From the NCBI RefSeq assembly GCF_009914755.1, contig NC_060932.1: a stretch of DNA of 64,000 bases. The stretch is one strand, 5' to 3'. Positions 32,209-50,493 of the stretch are shown here, one piece after another. This stretch comes from the human T2T-CHM13v2.0 reference genome, Homo sapiens. Both the position numbers and the translations under genes were made by a program. The notes below the pieces were generated by a model, which was not told the origin of the DNA, searched no databases, and was given only the letters and a program-made list of their open reading frames with translations. Every line of letters starts with the position of its first letter. The stretch's first letter is position 1.

Positions 32209-33378
32209 TCAAAAAATAAAAATAAAAAAAGTCAAATCACTATAATTTACCCATGTTTGATCATTTAGAATGCAACATAGCAACCATCCATCAGAACTAC
32301 TAAAAAGGTCTTCCTTATACTTAACTTCCCCGTAACTTTTCCCTACTGGACCTAGTTTTGTACCACAGACCCTCTTCCATTAAACAACCTTGTAAGTTTA
32401 AAAACAGCTGCCATGAGCCACAAAATTCCTTCTCCAGTCAGAATCCTTAATTCTTTCAACTACTTCTCAGCCCCTGGTTTCTTAAGCTTTCAGCACTCAA
32501 GACCACTCCGAGTTGCTGACTCCAGTTATCTGATACTGACAACACCATGTACGGTAACCCCTGTGCCTCCGTTTGCTAAAACCTATAAAACTAGGATAAT
32601 AATCCTAACTACCTCATGAGATTACTGTGATTACATGGGCTAATCTGTGTAAAGAGCCTAGAATACCTTACATGTAATCAGTGTTACATGTTTGCTATCG
32701 CTATCATTCATAGAATCACAGCAGCTTTTTTGGTAACTCGATCATACTGACTCATTCAGCTAAAAATATGCTACTATTTTCTACATCTCTACAAACTACA
32801 CTTGAAAAAAACCTTTTTGAGCCCAGCAAAGATTATACATCTCATCTGCTTATTAACTTTCATGAGGTGGGCTAAGACATAGCCTATCCTTTCAGTCTGT
32901 TTCGGGAACACAGTGGATGACATGAATGGGCTTAGGAGCCAGACTGAACATACTGGAATACTGGCTTTACAATCTTAAGCAAGTTACACCTCTCTGTGTC
33001 TCATTGTTTCTCTGAAAATGAAGATGATAAATCATTCTATAAAGACCTATTTAGCACCTATGTACCCTAATATGTACCACCCATTTCCTCAGCAGCAAAT
33101 AAAGCAAAGTCTACAACCTCAAGTGACTTACATCCTAGAGGGGGAAGATAGACAGTAAACAAAGAACTAGTAAATACGTGCTAGGTCAGATGATGACAGG
33201 TGCTAGGGAGAAAGATAAACAGCAGTGTAAGAAGAATATGGAGTTCTATGTCAGGCATGGGAGTAGGGGAAAGGAGAAGGTTGCTATGTTATATAAGGCA
33301 TTCTGGGAAGACTTCTCTAAAAGATATTTTTCAGCAGAAACCTGAGGAAGGAAGGAAGCAAACTTCCTAGCTAAATGA

Positions 33379-33808
<430 letters not shown>

Positions 33809-35464
33809 TCTATGCACGCTTTTATCTAAGTGAGATGGAGAAGGCATCAGAGGGCACTGAGCAGAAGGGTGAGGTTGCCTGGCTTGGGTTTTAAGTGGCT
33901 GCTGTGTTGAGAATATACTACACAGGGAGCAAATAGGAATATTTGCAATAAGTGATGAAAGTGGCTTACATACATGTGGCAGAGGGAAGGCAGTAGGAAA
34001 TGGTCAGTTTCTGGATATATTTTGAAGATAATGCCAACAGGATTTGCTAATAAATTGACGTAGAATCTGAGATAATTATATGGTGTTTTGGCAACCTGAG
34101 TTTGTATCCTGGGAGGCTCTGCCACTTACCATGTGACCTAGCAAGTACTTAAATATCTTTCTGCCTCAGTTTCTTCATTTGTAAAATAAAAATAGCATCT
34201 ACCTAATAAGACTATCGTGAAGATTACGTGTAAAAAAACTCTTAGAAGAGTGCTTTCTACCATATAAGCATTAACTATTGCTATCATCATTATTATTCAC
34301 TTATAAGCATTAACTATTGCTTATAAGCATCTAAGCATAGTTAATGCTTATCACATATAAGCATTAACTATTGCTATCATCATTATTATTCGCTTGCTTG
34401 TGAAAAAATAAGAGTTGCAGGAAGAACAGGTTTGAGGGTGGGATGGAGATCAGGAATTCCATTTTAAACATGTTAAGTTTAAGATGTCTATTGGACATCC
34501 AAGTGAAGACATTAAGTAGGCAGCCGGACATCAGCAGTTTAGCAGGAAGATCAGGAGGAGGATACAGGGTATAAGTGGATGGCCCTGATATAAATCTAGG
34601 AATTGGTAGCATATAGACAATATTTAAAACCATGGAACTAGAGAAGATCCCTCCAGGGAACGAATATAGAGTAAAAAAGAATTTCTGGCCAGGCACAGTG
34701 GCTCACACCTGTAAACCCAGCACTTTGGGAGGCCGAGGCGGGAGGATCACCTGAGGTTAGGAGTTCGAGACCAGCCTGACCAACATGGAGAAACCCCGTC
34801 TCTACCAAAAATACAAAATTAGCCGGGCGTGGTGTCGCACGCCTATAGTCCCAACTACTTGGGAGGCTGAGGCAGGAGAATCGCTTGAACCTGGGAGGCG
34901 GAGGTGCAGTGAGCCGAGATCATGCCACTGCACTCCAGCCTGGGCAACAACAGCGAAACTCAGTCTCAACAAAAAAAAAGAATTTCCAGGACTGAGTCTT
35001 GAGGCACCCAACATTTTAGAAGTTGGGAAGACAATGGCAAGCCAGCCTCCTCCTTGCAGAAGCAGTATCCTGGAAGTAAGAGCTTCAAGAAGGAAGGCAT
35101 ATTCTGCTGTTTTAAATGCTGCTGACAGGCCTAGTAAGGTAAGAGATCACTTCCTTCCTGTAGGAGACAGCTTTAAAAAAAAAAAAAAAATGATAATTGA
35201 TCACTGGATTTTACAACACAAAGGAAACTGGCAAACCCTGGTAAGAGCTGTTTTTGTATAGTAGGAAACAAAACACTTTGGACAGGAGAGGACAGAAGCA
35301 GCTCCCCTTTACCCTTGAAGTTCAAGAATGAATGGGAGAAAATGAATTGGAAACAGCAAATATAAAAACTCACAAAGGAGGAAAGAAACAGGTGGGTATC
35401 TAGAAGGGAACACAGGTGAGTTGTTCCTTGCTGCTGCTGCTGCAGCTGTTGCTTTAAGACAGAG

Positions 35465-36397
<933 letters not shown>

Positions 36398-36642
36398 ATA
36401 GGAGAAAATACACCCATGTTCAATGTCAACGATAATTCATCAATGGGAGTGAGAAACAGATGATGTAGGAGAGGAGATAATTGTTAGAGCTCTGTCCTTG
36501 ACTAGGCCAAAGGGGACAGGATACAATGTACAAGTGGATGGCCCTGAGAAGTTTGTGCCAGATACTATTCTAAATATATCAGTAAATAAAATAGTTATCT
36601 AAGAAAACATACGAAAAACACTTACTTTCTGGCACATAGTAG

Positions 36643-37000
<358 letters not shown>

Positions 37001-39839
37001 TAACAGAAATCTGGATCAAAACAGTATCCTAAAACCTGCTACTAGAGAACTATCAGAGGAATTTGAATAAAATGCCTTTCAGTAGATAAAATGTAGCACT
37101 TACTTTTGATAATATGACAAAGTGTCTTTAAATCTCAATGCAACCCCTTAATTGTGCAGATAACAAAAAAAGTAAACACAGAAAGCCAAGTTTGCTTGCT
37201 TAAAATTACTAAATTAATTCAGTAAAAGCCAAGAACTAAAATTAAAATCTAGTCATCTTACCTCCTGGTCTGGCTTCCAACACACTTTCTTTGATATATC
37301 TCTCTTTTTCTCTCTTGACAGAAAGAAAATATTAAGATTGCAATTTCTGTCTTCCCTATACTTCTGCCTGGCCCTTCCCCTTCCCCCTGAATTTACCTGG
37401 GGGTGTAACTGACTTCTTATCACTTTATTTTAATCCAAGAAAAATGACATGGGCCAGGGTGGCTCACGCCTGTGATTCCAACAGTTTTCGAGGCCAAGGT
37501 GGAAGGACTGCTTGAGTTCAGGAGTTTGAGACCAGCCTGGGGGCAACATACTGAGACCTTGTCTCTACCAAAAAAAGGTTCGCCAGGCATGGTGGCACGT
37601 TCCTGTAAGTTGCAGCTACTTGGAAGGCCAAGGCAGGAGGACTGCTTGAGCCCGTGGAGTGAAGACTGCAGTAAGCTATAATGATCACACCACTATACTC
37701 CAGCCTGGGCAACTGAGCAAGACCCTGTCTCGGGGGCAGGGGGGAACTCTATGTACTAGAAGATGTTTTGGGGGAAATACAATATTTTAGTTATCAAAAT
37801 TCCAGGTTATTTTCTACAGCCCCCTGCTCCTAAAAATCTAAAATAAACACAGTCTAATGCATCACATATAAAGTATCTTAATTTCCCTATCTGGAAATCA
37901 CGTAACTTTTGTAAAAACAAGTAGACAAGGCCACGCGCGGTGGCTCATGCCTGTAATCCCAGCACTTTGCGAAGCAGCGGCAGGAGGATCACCTGAGGTC
38001 GGGAGTTCGAGACCAGCCTGACCAATGTGGAGAAACCCTGTTTCTACAAAAAATACAAAATTATCCAGGTGTGGTGGCGCATGCCTGTAAACCCAGCTAC
38101 TCAGGAGGCTGAGGCAGAAAATCGCTTGAACCCAGGAGGCGGAAGTTGCGGTGAGCCAAGATCGCACCATTGCACTCCAGCCTAGGCAACAAAAATGAAT
38201 CTCCGTCTCCAAAAAAAAAAAAAAAGTTGACAAGCTCAAATATCACCATATTGACATTGATGGTGAGGATATGGACCTTACAGATGTTTAAAATCAGAGT
38301 ATTTGAAAAACTAATAAATCAGAACAGAGAACTTTTTGGCTTTCAATAAAACCTTAAGAAAGTGTATCTATTTTAGGCTGGGCTCAGTGGCTCATGCCTA
38401 TAATCCTAACACTTTGGGAGGCTGAGGCAGGCAAATCACTTGAACCCAAGAATTCAAGACCAGTCTGGGCAATATGGCAAAACCTTGTCTCTACAAAACA
38501 CACACACACACACACACAAAATTAGGCAGGCATGGTGGCATGCCTGTAGCCCCAGCTACTCGGGGGGCTGAGGTAGGAGGATTGCTTGAGCCTGGGAGGT
38601 AGAGGTTGCTGTGAGCCGCGATCGCGCCACTACACTACAGCCTGGGTGACAGAGCAAGATCCTGTCTCAAAAAAAATAAATAAATAAAAAAAGAAAGTAT
38701 ATCTATTTTGAACACCCATTACCAGTACTTTTCCATTTTACTTTTAGTATATAAGTCACATTGAGAACATTCTGAAAATGCCAATTAAAAGATATAGTCA
38801 CTGAAAAACAAGTTTTCCTGTTTCCTTTCTGCATATTTAATAATGGTTTAACAGAGATACAGCACTGTTTTACTGAATAGGACTTCTACTTCAAACCATG
38901 AATAAAGCTGCAATTTAGTATTTGTCAAGATAGCTGGTAAATCTAATCCTTTTAGCTTTAATACTTTTTTTATTTCAAGCTTTAAACTCGAGGTTCTGAT
39001 ACAAATTACCCTTCAAGACTTTTTTTTAATCCTAGAATGCCCAACTTCTAGCTAAAATCTTCCACTCTGTTTCATAATTACTGTTCTACCCTTATTATCG
39101 TAACCCAGCTACTCATCCCAATAATGCTGCACATCTATACTGGTATATCTGTAACCGTGCAGCACTCTTACCTTCTTGAACCAACAAAATCAGCCTATCT
39201 CCGACCTCAAAGTAGGGCAGCAGTAAGGAGGTGGGAATAAACATTTGAAAATGAATATTTCCACTAACTAGTAAATGTGGCCAAAATACTATTGAAAATA
39301 CCATTCAAAATGCATGAATTTTAGCTCAGTTTTTATATAGTTCTGAAGAAGTACCAATACTATTTTGGCATTTCGTAGCACCAACCACGTCCGAAGCGCT
39401 CCAACTTTCAAGTCTGAGCTTGTCTCTGAAGAAGTTGCCCGTGCAGCCTCCATGAATACCACACACCAAATACTAACTGCTTTTTAACAGATCCAGCAAC
39501 GCTGCTGTTTCCATTTTCTCCATCCTATTTATGCGCACATGAACTTTTTTCTTATTAGATAATTAGTAACTTGAAGGCAGAGACCTGTTTTACAGGCTGC
39601 AAACCCCAGGGACCGAGACAGCACTTAACGCCTACAAGGTCCAAACCGACGCCAACGATTAAGCGCACAAAGGAAAGGTGTAATATACATCATTTCGTTT
39701 AGTCCTCCCTGCAGCCTCATGTAGTAGTTACTATTAATCAACCCCATTTCACAGGTGATCAAAGGTAAGCTCAGAAAGGTGAAGTTGCCTGCCCAGGTCA
39801 CAAGGTAGGACCAGGATTCCAAGCCTGATCGGTCTGGAT

Positions 39840-40750
39840 ACGAACGCTCTACCCACGCGGCCTTCCCCCTACACTCTCGGGATCACCACACACTTCCCCT
39901 TGGCTTTTACACCGGAGGCTCGACCTGGGTCCCGGAACCAGCGAAGCCACTGGGCAAGCCTAGAGGCCTCTACAGAGGCTAGAGACGCCTCGCCCCACCA
40001 GATGCATTAGGATGAAACGCGCCGAACCGAAGGTTTAGAGCGCCAGGGGAGAAGAGGGGCGGGGAGAGCAGGCTCTTTGACCCAGAGGAGGGAGGATCTC
40101 CACACCCGGCCACTCTGGCGCTGGGGCGCAACACTGAGGCCGGCGGGAAGCCGAGCCTGCCCGCGAAGAGACTGGGGATTCCGAGGCGGCTCCTGGGAGA
40201 CCGGACGCGCGCGGCCTCCGCCGCTCCCAGTCCCGCCAGACCCGATGCCGGGCTGGAGAAGCGCGGGGGCCGACGCACCTCGGATAGGCGGGGGCAGGGG
40301 CAGGGGCAGCTCTCCTTTACCCTAGAGCGGCGACAGAAGCTCTTCGGGGGATCAGTGGCCAAGGGGGCGGACAGATTTGCACGGCGGATTCCTCCGAAGC
40401 AACCCGTGTGAAAGAAGCCAAGCGGAGGCTGCAGCCCGGGCCGCGATGGGGGTGACACCGCCCGTGGTCCCGCCCCTTCCCGTGGCCCCTCGGAGCCACT
40501 TCCGGCGGCAGCGTCCGGGCTAGTTCCTGGCGCGAGCGGCCGCGGGCCAGTTTCTATCTCCTCATCCAGGGCTTGCGGGCGAGGCCTGTTTTAAGTCTCC
40601 AGTAACCGAGCGGAGGCCCGGCAGGCGCGACCCGGGCTGCGTACGTCAGAGCTGCCTCCGAAGTGGTAAAATGTGCTGCGAGAAGTGGAGCCGCGTGGCG
40701 GAAATGTTTCTCTTCACTGAGGAGCGGGAGGATTGTAAGATACTGTGCCT
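39840..40750. promoter_or_regulatory. CpG island / bidirectional promoter of TMEM68 and TGS1
   Basis: Abrupt GC- and CpG-rich segment between divergent first exons. GC boxes at 40056-40064 and 40469-40476, ETS/GABP motif CACTTCCGG at 40497-40505, CRE-like TACGTCA at 40642-40648; no TATA box seen. Confidence 0.92.
40321..40430 (-). other. TMEM68: TMEM68 non-coding exon 1 (5' end approximate)
   Basis: Lies in the CpG island. Minus-strand donor ...CTCTAGG|GTAAAG at 40321/40320; no ATG in the exon. The TSS cannot be fixed from sequence. A second candidate donor CCGAG|GTGCGT lies at 40279/40278. Confidence 0.7.
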
Positions 40751-40771
40751 TTGCTCCAGGGCATTTGTGGA
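40671..40771 (+). CDS. TGS1: TGS1 (PIMT) coding exon 1 (MCCEKWSRVAEMFLFTEEREDCKILCLCSRAFVE)
   Basis: AAAATGT start, matches the known TGS1 N-terminus; donor GA|GTAAGT; 101 nt. Confidence 0.96.
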
Positions 40772-41639
40772 GTAAGTAGAAAAGAGAATCTCTTCATGTT
40801 CTAGCACAGTCATTACCCAGAAATGTAGGTATTGCAAACGTGGTTGTAATTGATCCCTGAAAGCAGCCAGAACATCTGACCCTTGGGCACGGTGATGTTT
40901 AAGAAAAACAAAACCCTCAGACATGACGGAGTGGTCGCCCACTGCCATTATTTTTATGTGAAGGACTACATCTACTTGGTAGGCTGCTATGAAAAAATGT
41001 CGTAGGTGCTATATGTCATCTCATATTTGTAAATCGAGGGGACATTTAAAAATTGGGGGAAAGCGACATGTAAAATGAAATCTCTAGTAGATATGATGTC
41101 ATAAAGTGAAAGTTTAAAGTTGAGTGACTTGCTTTGGTTAACGTCTTTTTTTAAACCTAAAAATCTACTTAAGCCCAAATGCACATAATTAAAACTTCAA
41201 ACTAGTTGAGATAAAAGACTTAACCATATTTACATCAGTTTTTGTGATATCTTTATTTTGGGGAAATCTTTGAATCAGGTAAAAATTGCCCCACATGAAA
41301 AATAGCTAGTATGCAGGAATAATACCGCCAAGAGACTTGAATTCTAGGAATTGTTTCCTTTATATTAAATGCGTGAGTTAAACCACTTGAACCTTTTTTT
41401 CATCTCTATAACGGGTATATTTAATCTCACATGCTTATTTTGTTAGAGTTAAATCCTTGTGGAAGTGAATTTTATGTGATAGACTTTTAATATAGTTTAA
41501 TATAGTAGGATTTAAGTTTGAAGGAATTCATTTTTCTCGTGTAATTTTGTGGAGTAATTTGAAAACGCAAAAAGAAGTTAAACTTGTTAAATTTAATGTA
41601 AAAAGTATTGTCGCCTTTTTAGTCAGGCATGCATGTAAT

Positions 41640-43030
41640 CATACAATCATTCAGAAAATGTTTTTTATGCTCTTGTATATCAAGTATGCTGGTAGGCACT
41701 GAGGTACAAGACATTCTGTCCTTACATGTATTGAGTTTACTTCCTAGCAGAGAAGATCAGTATTAAGATAACTGGTTACATTATTACTTGGTTGATTATA
41801 GTTATAAGTGCTATGAGAGAGAAGTGCAGGATGCTGTGAAAACAAATAACTTCCCAAGGGTCACAGAGGTTTCTTTGAGGAAGTAGCTTTTGGAAAGAGG
41901 TCTAAGGGGGATAAATTGGGGTGAGTTTCAGTGGGAGAAAGCGTTCTCTGCAGGCTGAACTCAGTAAAGGCCTTGAGGGAGCAAAAGAAAGCCTGGGAAA
42001 CTGAACAAAATGGCTGGGAGGGAGGGCACGGTGGTGCACACCTGTAATCCCACCACTTTAGGAGGCCAAGGAGTGAGGATCACTTGAGCTCGGAAGTTGG
42101 AGACTAGCCTGGGCAACATAACAACACCTCATCTGTACTGAAATTTTTTTTTTAAATTAGCCAGCTGTGGTGGCACATGCTTGTAGTCCCAGCTACTCTG
42201 GAGGCTTGGGCCAGATGCTCTCTTGAGCCCAGGAGATCCAGGCTGCAGTTAGCCATTGTCGTGCCTGGATGACAGAGCAAGACTCTGTCCCGAAAAAAAA
42301 AAGAAAAGAAAAGAAAGAAAAGAAAAAAAACTGGGAAAGAAAGAAGATAGGGTGTGCACAGTAGGCAGGGTCAAAACCTGCAGGACTTTGTAGACTATAG
42401 GAAAACCTTAAGCTGGGGAATGACATGATCAGATTTGCATATTTAAAATACTACTCAGGCGGCAGTGTGGAGGATTGTTTGGAGGAAGAGAACCACTTAA
42501 GACCATTGTTTAGGCAAGAGATTATAGTGACTTGGATTAGGATAAATGGCAGCAGAAATGGAGAAAGAAAGAAAGATGGGAGAAAACTTGCTGGGGGTGG
42601 GGACTGAATTGTATTGCTGCCTTTCACTGAGGTAGGGATCACTGGAGAATCATGAATTTTATTTTGGGTCAACGGAGAAGAGATTATGAGTTTGATTTTA
42701 TACATTTTGATTTGGGGGTATCTATGAGATAACCAAGAGTAGATGGTATAAGCAGTTAGATATATTGATTTGGAGCGCTGGAGAAGTCTGGGCTAGTTTT
42801 AAAAACTTGAGCCATTTAGCCTTAGATAGTGATTGAACCCATGAATGAAGGGTGGGGGAGGGGGACCCACCTTTGAGGAATTCCAGCACTTTTTAAAGAC
42901 AAGAAGAGATGGATTAACTAGGAAACAGACAAGCCTAAGTACACTGTCACCAAGTGTTTCAGTGAAGGTGTAATCAACATTGGAAAGCTGCCAAAATATC
43001 AAGCAAAATGAGGACTAAAAGTATCCACTA
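41640..43030. mobile_element. L2 relic (with inserted Alu); similar L2/MIR remnants at about 10180-10500 and 32900-35400
   Basis: Purine-rich L2 signature (GATCAGATTTGCATATTT, GGTATAAGCAGTTAGATATATTGATTTGGAGC). Confidence 0.65.
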
Positions 43031-43060
43031 GAATTGACTAAATCCCTTGGATCGATTGAC

Positions 43061-43807
<747 letters not shown>

Positions 43808-43851
43808 GATGACTTATTAAGTGCCACCACTAATTGTTCTACATTTTGTAC

Positions 43852-44960
<1,109 letters not shown>

Positions 44961-45161
44961 TTTTTTTAATTTAAGCCTTCTAGCAGCCCCCTGAGGTATG
45001 TCTTGTTATCCTCACTTATTCAAGTAGAAAATTGAGTCTTGGCTGGTTGTGGTGGTTGACATCAGTAATCCAAGTACTTCAGGAGGTTGAGACAGGCAAA
45101 TCGCTTGAGCCCAGAAGTTCAAGACCAGTCTGGGCAACATGGCGAAACCCCATCTCTACTA

Positions 45162-45311
<150 letters not shown>

Positions 45312-46902
45312 TCAGTAGTGGCCTAAAAAAAATCACATAGCCAGTAAATGGCAGCCTTAGAATTCTACCGCACATCTGTATGACATGAGAGCCTTTCTAC
45401 TATGCTACCAGTTGGCATAGAACATGATTTCATTGAATCTCCCTCATTAAGGTATTTAAGTAGTCTAAAGTCACTAGAACAACTGATGTTCTGTTCAGAC
45501 ACTTTAACATTAATATAGATTCGTGGAGATAGAGGACTATTCTGGAAACTGAAGAGCCTATATTTCCCTCTGATCATACTCATGTGACAGTGTCTGATGG
45601 TGATCTCTAGTCTTTCATATATGATACAACGAAATTGTTTGATATGTTTTCCCCCCAACAGGTTCCTGAGTCAGAATTTAAAAGAGTAGTGACCTTATAG
45701 ACAGCATATCTGTGTGCTTTTACAAAACTCAGCTGTGTGGCCTTAGGCAAGTCACATATTATTTCTGTGATCCCCTTTTAACCTTTCAGAAAGGGCTTCC
45801 TTTCCATTTTACTACTTGAAAATGAAGCTGATTCACAGTCCCTTTGCAAAAGAGGAATTGCTACTTGTACTTCAGATATTGCTAAGAATCTTATATTCAG
45901 CATTTATTTCAGCCGCCCGAGTGTCAGGTGCTGCAATAGAAAGATGACTTAGGCATCATAGTGATGATTGCTATATTCAGAGGTATGAGGATAAGAATTC
46001 AGGTGGCTGCTTAGGGCTCTAAGGAGAGCAGTATCTTAGTGGGATTACTACAATCCAGGTTGGGTCTTCTGCTTTACAATTCAAGTCAGTAGTTAAGATT
46101 TATTTAGTCCTTACGTGTGCCAGGTCCAGAAATTACAACAAATCTTCTATTTTTGAGGCCATCAATTCATCCAGAGTCATTATGCTCTGTGGATTAAGGT
46201 ACACTAATCAAACTCAAAGACAGCTTTATAGAGACTACTTAGCAAGTATAATGGAAATTCTTCAAATGCCAGGCATTAGAAATACATCATTCCCGGTGAT
46301 GAATGCTCTTGGAGATACTTGAAAGTTTTAAGTAAGAAACAGTTTTCATAAAAATATAACAGCTGGTAATCTCTTGTTGCTGATCTTTCTGCCTCAAATT
46401 ATCAGCAGCCTTGGAACATACGGTAATAACCTTGGACATCTGATTTACCTCTCACCCATGAGGAAAGGCCTTTCTGCCTCTTTCTCAGGACCTGACCTGT
46501 TAAGCTGGGCCCATCCTCCAGAAGGCTTACAGGCTAGCACTGTGGTGGGACCAAAAAGCTCACTAGAAAAAAATACCTGGCTCTTTGTAGGAGATGCAGG
46601 CCAGGAAAGGAAAGTCACCTTGCAGTCAGTGGCAGCCCAGGCTACATGCTTAATTCACGGCCCACAGTATGATCGGGTACTGATGCTACTTTTAGGAAGC
46701 CCTCCTTCTAAAAGAGAAGAAAGAATATAAGTTATGAAATATAAAAAGTTGAGAAGATTTCTCAACTCACACCTCTAGAAAATAATACACAATTGGATTT
46801 GAATCAGAATGACTTTTAAAACACTATTTAATGACCATCTTATCAATTCCATTGAATTTCATCTTTTTGAACTGAAACATGTATGCTTTTCATTACAAAT
46901 AA

Positions 46903-47277
<375 letters not shown>

Positions 47278-49198
47278 TAGTATGATCATTGCTTACTGCA
47301 GCCTCAGCCTTCTGGGCTCAGGTGATTCTCCCAGCTCAGCCTCCCATATAGCTAGAACCATAGGTGTGCACTACTACACCTGACTAATTTTTTTTGTTTT
47401 TTCTAGAGGTGGGGTCTGACCTTGCATAACCTGGGTCTGTCTGATGTTTCATCAGGAATAGTTGGGTCATGCCTTAGCAGGAGTGCCACAGAAATGATGC
47501 TATGCCCAGCTCTGTGTGGCCTCAGGAGGCACTTTTTGTAGACAGTATACCATCATGGGTGATGTTGCTGAATGCCAGGTTTTCTACTGTAAAGTCACAA
47601 TAGTTCCCTTTGTATTAATCAGTATTTTGTGGGGGCATATTCCAGTGTTATATCAGTATCCTGTTTTCCAGTAAACCCACAAGCCTTGGCCTTCATTGAT
47701 AACTTCCCCCTGAATCAGCTACCTCTGTGAAGGATGCCAAGGAGTAGTTCTTGTCTTCTTCGCTCCTACTGCATTTATTAGTTAGTATTCTGTAAGGAGC
47801 GCTTTCCCTTCTCTCCCCATGTATTTATTCATTTATGTTAACATGGAATCTAGATTCTTAGTTTACTAACAGGTTATATTCCATTGCTAACATTAATTTG
47901 GTGCTGATATTGTCTCTGATTTGGCCAGAGTTCCCAGTGGGGAACTCTTTGAAGTGGCTCCTGTGTCCTTTTGGTATTTCTAGTGTTGAGTGCTTCCTAA
48001 TCTTCTGGCATAAGATGACCCAGGTTTATCTTTTACAGTTCATGCTCCAACCTGGAATTGTCATTTCTCCGGGCAACTTGGTTCCTTTCGTGGAAAATAG
48101 TATTTAGAAACCAAAAGCTGGCTGCTCATTGTGCTTATTGCTCCTGTGCCCTCTTAGTAGAGAGAGTTGAGCAGTGTTATATATGTGTGTTTTACACGCA
48201 TACATGAATGTGTCTGTGTATATATACACACATATGTAACACTTTTAAAAACTATTTTTATGTCTGCTGTGTATATAAACTTAAATGCCATGAGTTTATA
48301 ACAGTACTTCTAATGTTGGCCCAACACCTGAGGGTTCTTTCTAGCCTTCCTTCCTATCAGATAATGTCTTGAGCCCACCTTGCTTTTAAATAACCTTCTT
48401 CATTTCTATTTAAAAAAAAACCAAAAATTTTTTATTTAAAAACATTAAAATAAATTTTAAAATAATAAAGTAAATAAGTAACCTTCAACAAGGGGAATCT
48501 TGGCTAACATTATCTTCAACACATTTACATATTTGCTCATTATAACCAACTTGCAACCAACCATACTGGTCCTCTCCTCCACCTGACACTTCAGTGCCTC
48601 ATATCTTTAGGTGCTGGCGGGCAGACCAGTGATGCCCCCTGTGCAGCTCCTGCTTCCCACCCCCAGTGCCCATGTTCCTGGGGACCAGTTGCTGCCAAAG
48701 CACATTTGCACGTCACCCCCTTGCCTGTTCATCATCCTGCTGAGTCACCACCTACTTTACATTTAATATAGTATCTCCAAAAAAGAAGCAAGAGGATGTG
48801 AAATAGAGCAAGTACACTAGAATTTTATTTAGTTAAATTTATTGTAGCTCCATTAGAAAAGTTATGTTAGCTTCCACTTGCAATTGGCCTTCTTGTGGCA
48901 GTTACAGTGGAGTTTATTACAGCTGAATTTATAGTCAGGAAGATATTAAAAGCAGAGTCTTCCACTTTTTCTTAAGTATTCTGTTAGGTTTATTTTGGTA
49001 ACCTTTGCTCAGACCATGAATACCTTGTCTACTGTTCACAATGGATAGTTTGTCTTATTAGCAAATGGATTAGTGTCTGCATATTGATTTATATGTATGT
49101 AAGCTAAATCTCTCCACTGTTATTCACAACAAAATTTAGAGAACACCCCATTGTTTATGTATCATAAGGAATATCAGATGTCCAGAAGAACTTACACT

Positions 49199-49245
<47 letters not shown>

Positions 49246-49251
49246 TTTTGA

Positions 49252-49467
<216 letters not shown>

Positions 49468-49798
49468 TGATCTGCCCACTTCAGCCTCCCAAAGTGCTGG
49501 GATTACAGGTGGGAGCCACTGTGCCCAGCCTTAATTTTAGTAACTAGCAGTTATAGTAATAAATGCTACCATGTATTAAGCATTGTGCTAAATATTTTAC
49601 ATATACTATCAGTCCTTACAACAACTCCATGACAAATGTATTATTGCCTCTACATTATAAGTGAGGGAAATGTATTAGCAGATTGCTTTTCTGTTTCATA
49701 AGCTTTTTATTAATTAATCTATGATGGCTCGAGATTTCTTTCCCTCTAAACTGATGGCTTAATTCATTTCAATATGAACTGCTTAATCTGCTTCGCAG

Positions 49799-49863
49799 GG
49801 ATCGAAAATTGTACAATTTGGGATTAAAAGGCTATTACATCAGAGACAGTGGCAACAATTCAG
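49799..49863 (+). CDS. TGS1: TGS1 exon 2 (DRKLYNLGLKGYYIRDSGNNS)
   Basis: TTCGCAG|GG acceptor, CAG|GTAATA donor, 65 nt, frame consistent. Confidence 0.95.
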
Positions 49864-50250
49864 GTAATATAGTATAAAATTCTATAAACCTTTTTTGCTG
49901 AAATTAGCCATAATGTGTTAATTTATGTATAATTTGTTATAATATTGTATTGATTTGTTAGCATAAAATATAAATGCCAAATAATTCTGTAATCAGACAA
50001 TTTTTATTTTCTTTTATAACATGGTTCTGGAATCTCTATGAAAGCAGATCTTTTATTTTTCTATAGCTCCTGTGCTGACTTAATGTAGCCTCTTTTGCTG
50101 TGTGTAGTGTTCCTTCCTGAGTTGCCACCATTAGATAAGAGCAACCTGGAATTTAAAGCTTTGAAAAGTAGGGAATATGTGGTTTCTGGCTGGACGTGGT
50201 AGCTCATGCCTATAATCCCAGCATTTTGGGAGGCCAAGGCAAGCAGATCA

Positions 50251-50493
<243 letters not shown>

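Noticed and set aside
34785-35261. 158-aa ORF, and the many similar 60-160-aa ORFs (e.g. 43906-44382, 60394-60765)
   Set aside because: Translations of Alu, L2 or LTR sequence with typical Alu-frame peptides and no splice or coding support
39979-40458. 159-aa minus-strand ORF across the CpG island
   Set aside because: Non-ATG start, Pro/Arg/Gly-rich composition expected from stop-poor GC-rich DNA, and it runs through the exon-1 donor
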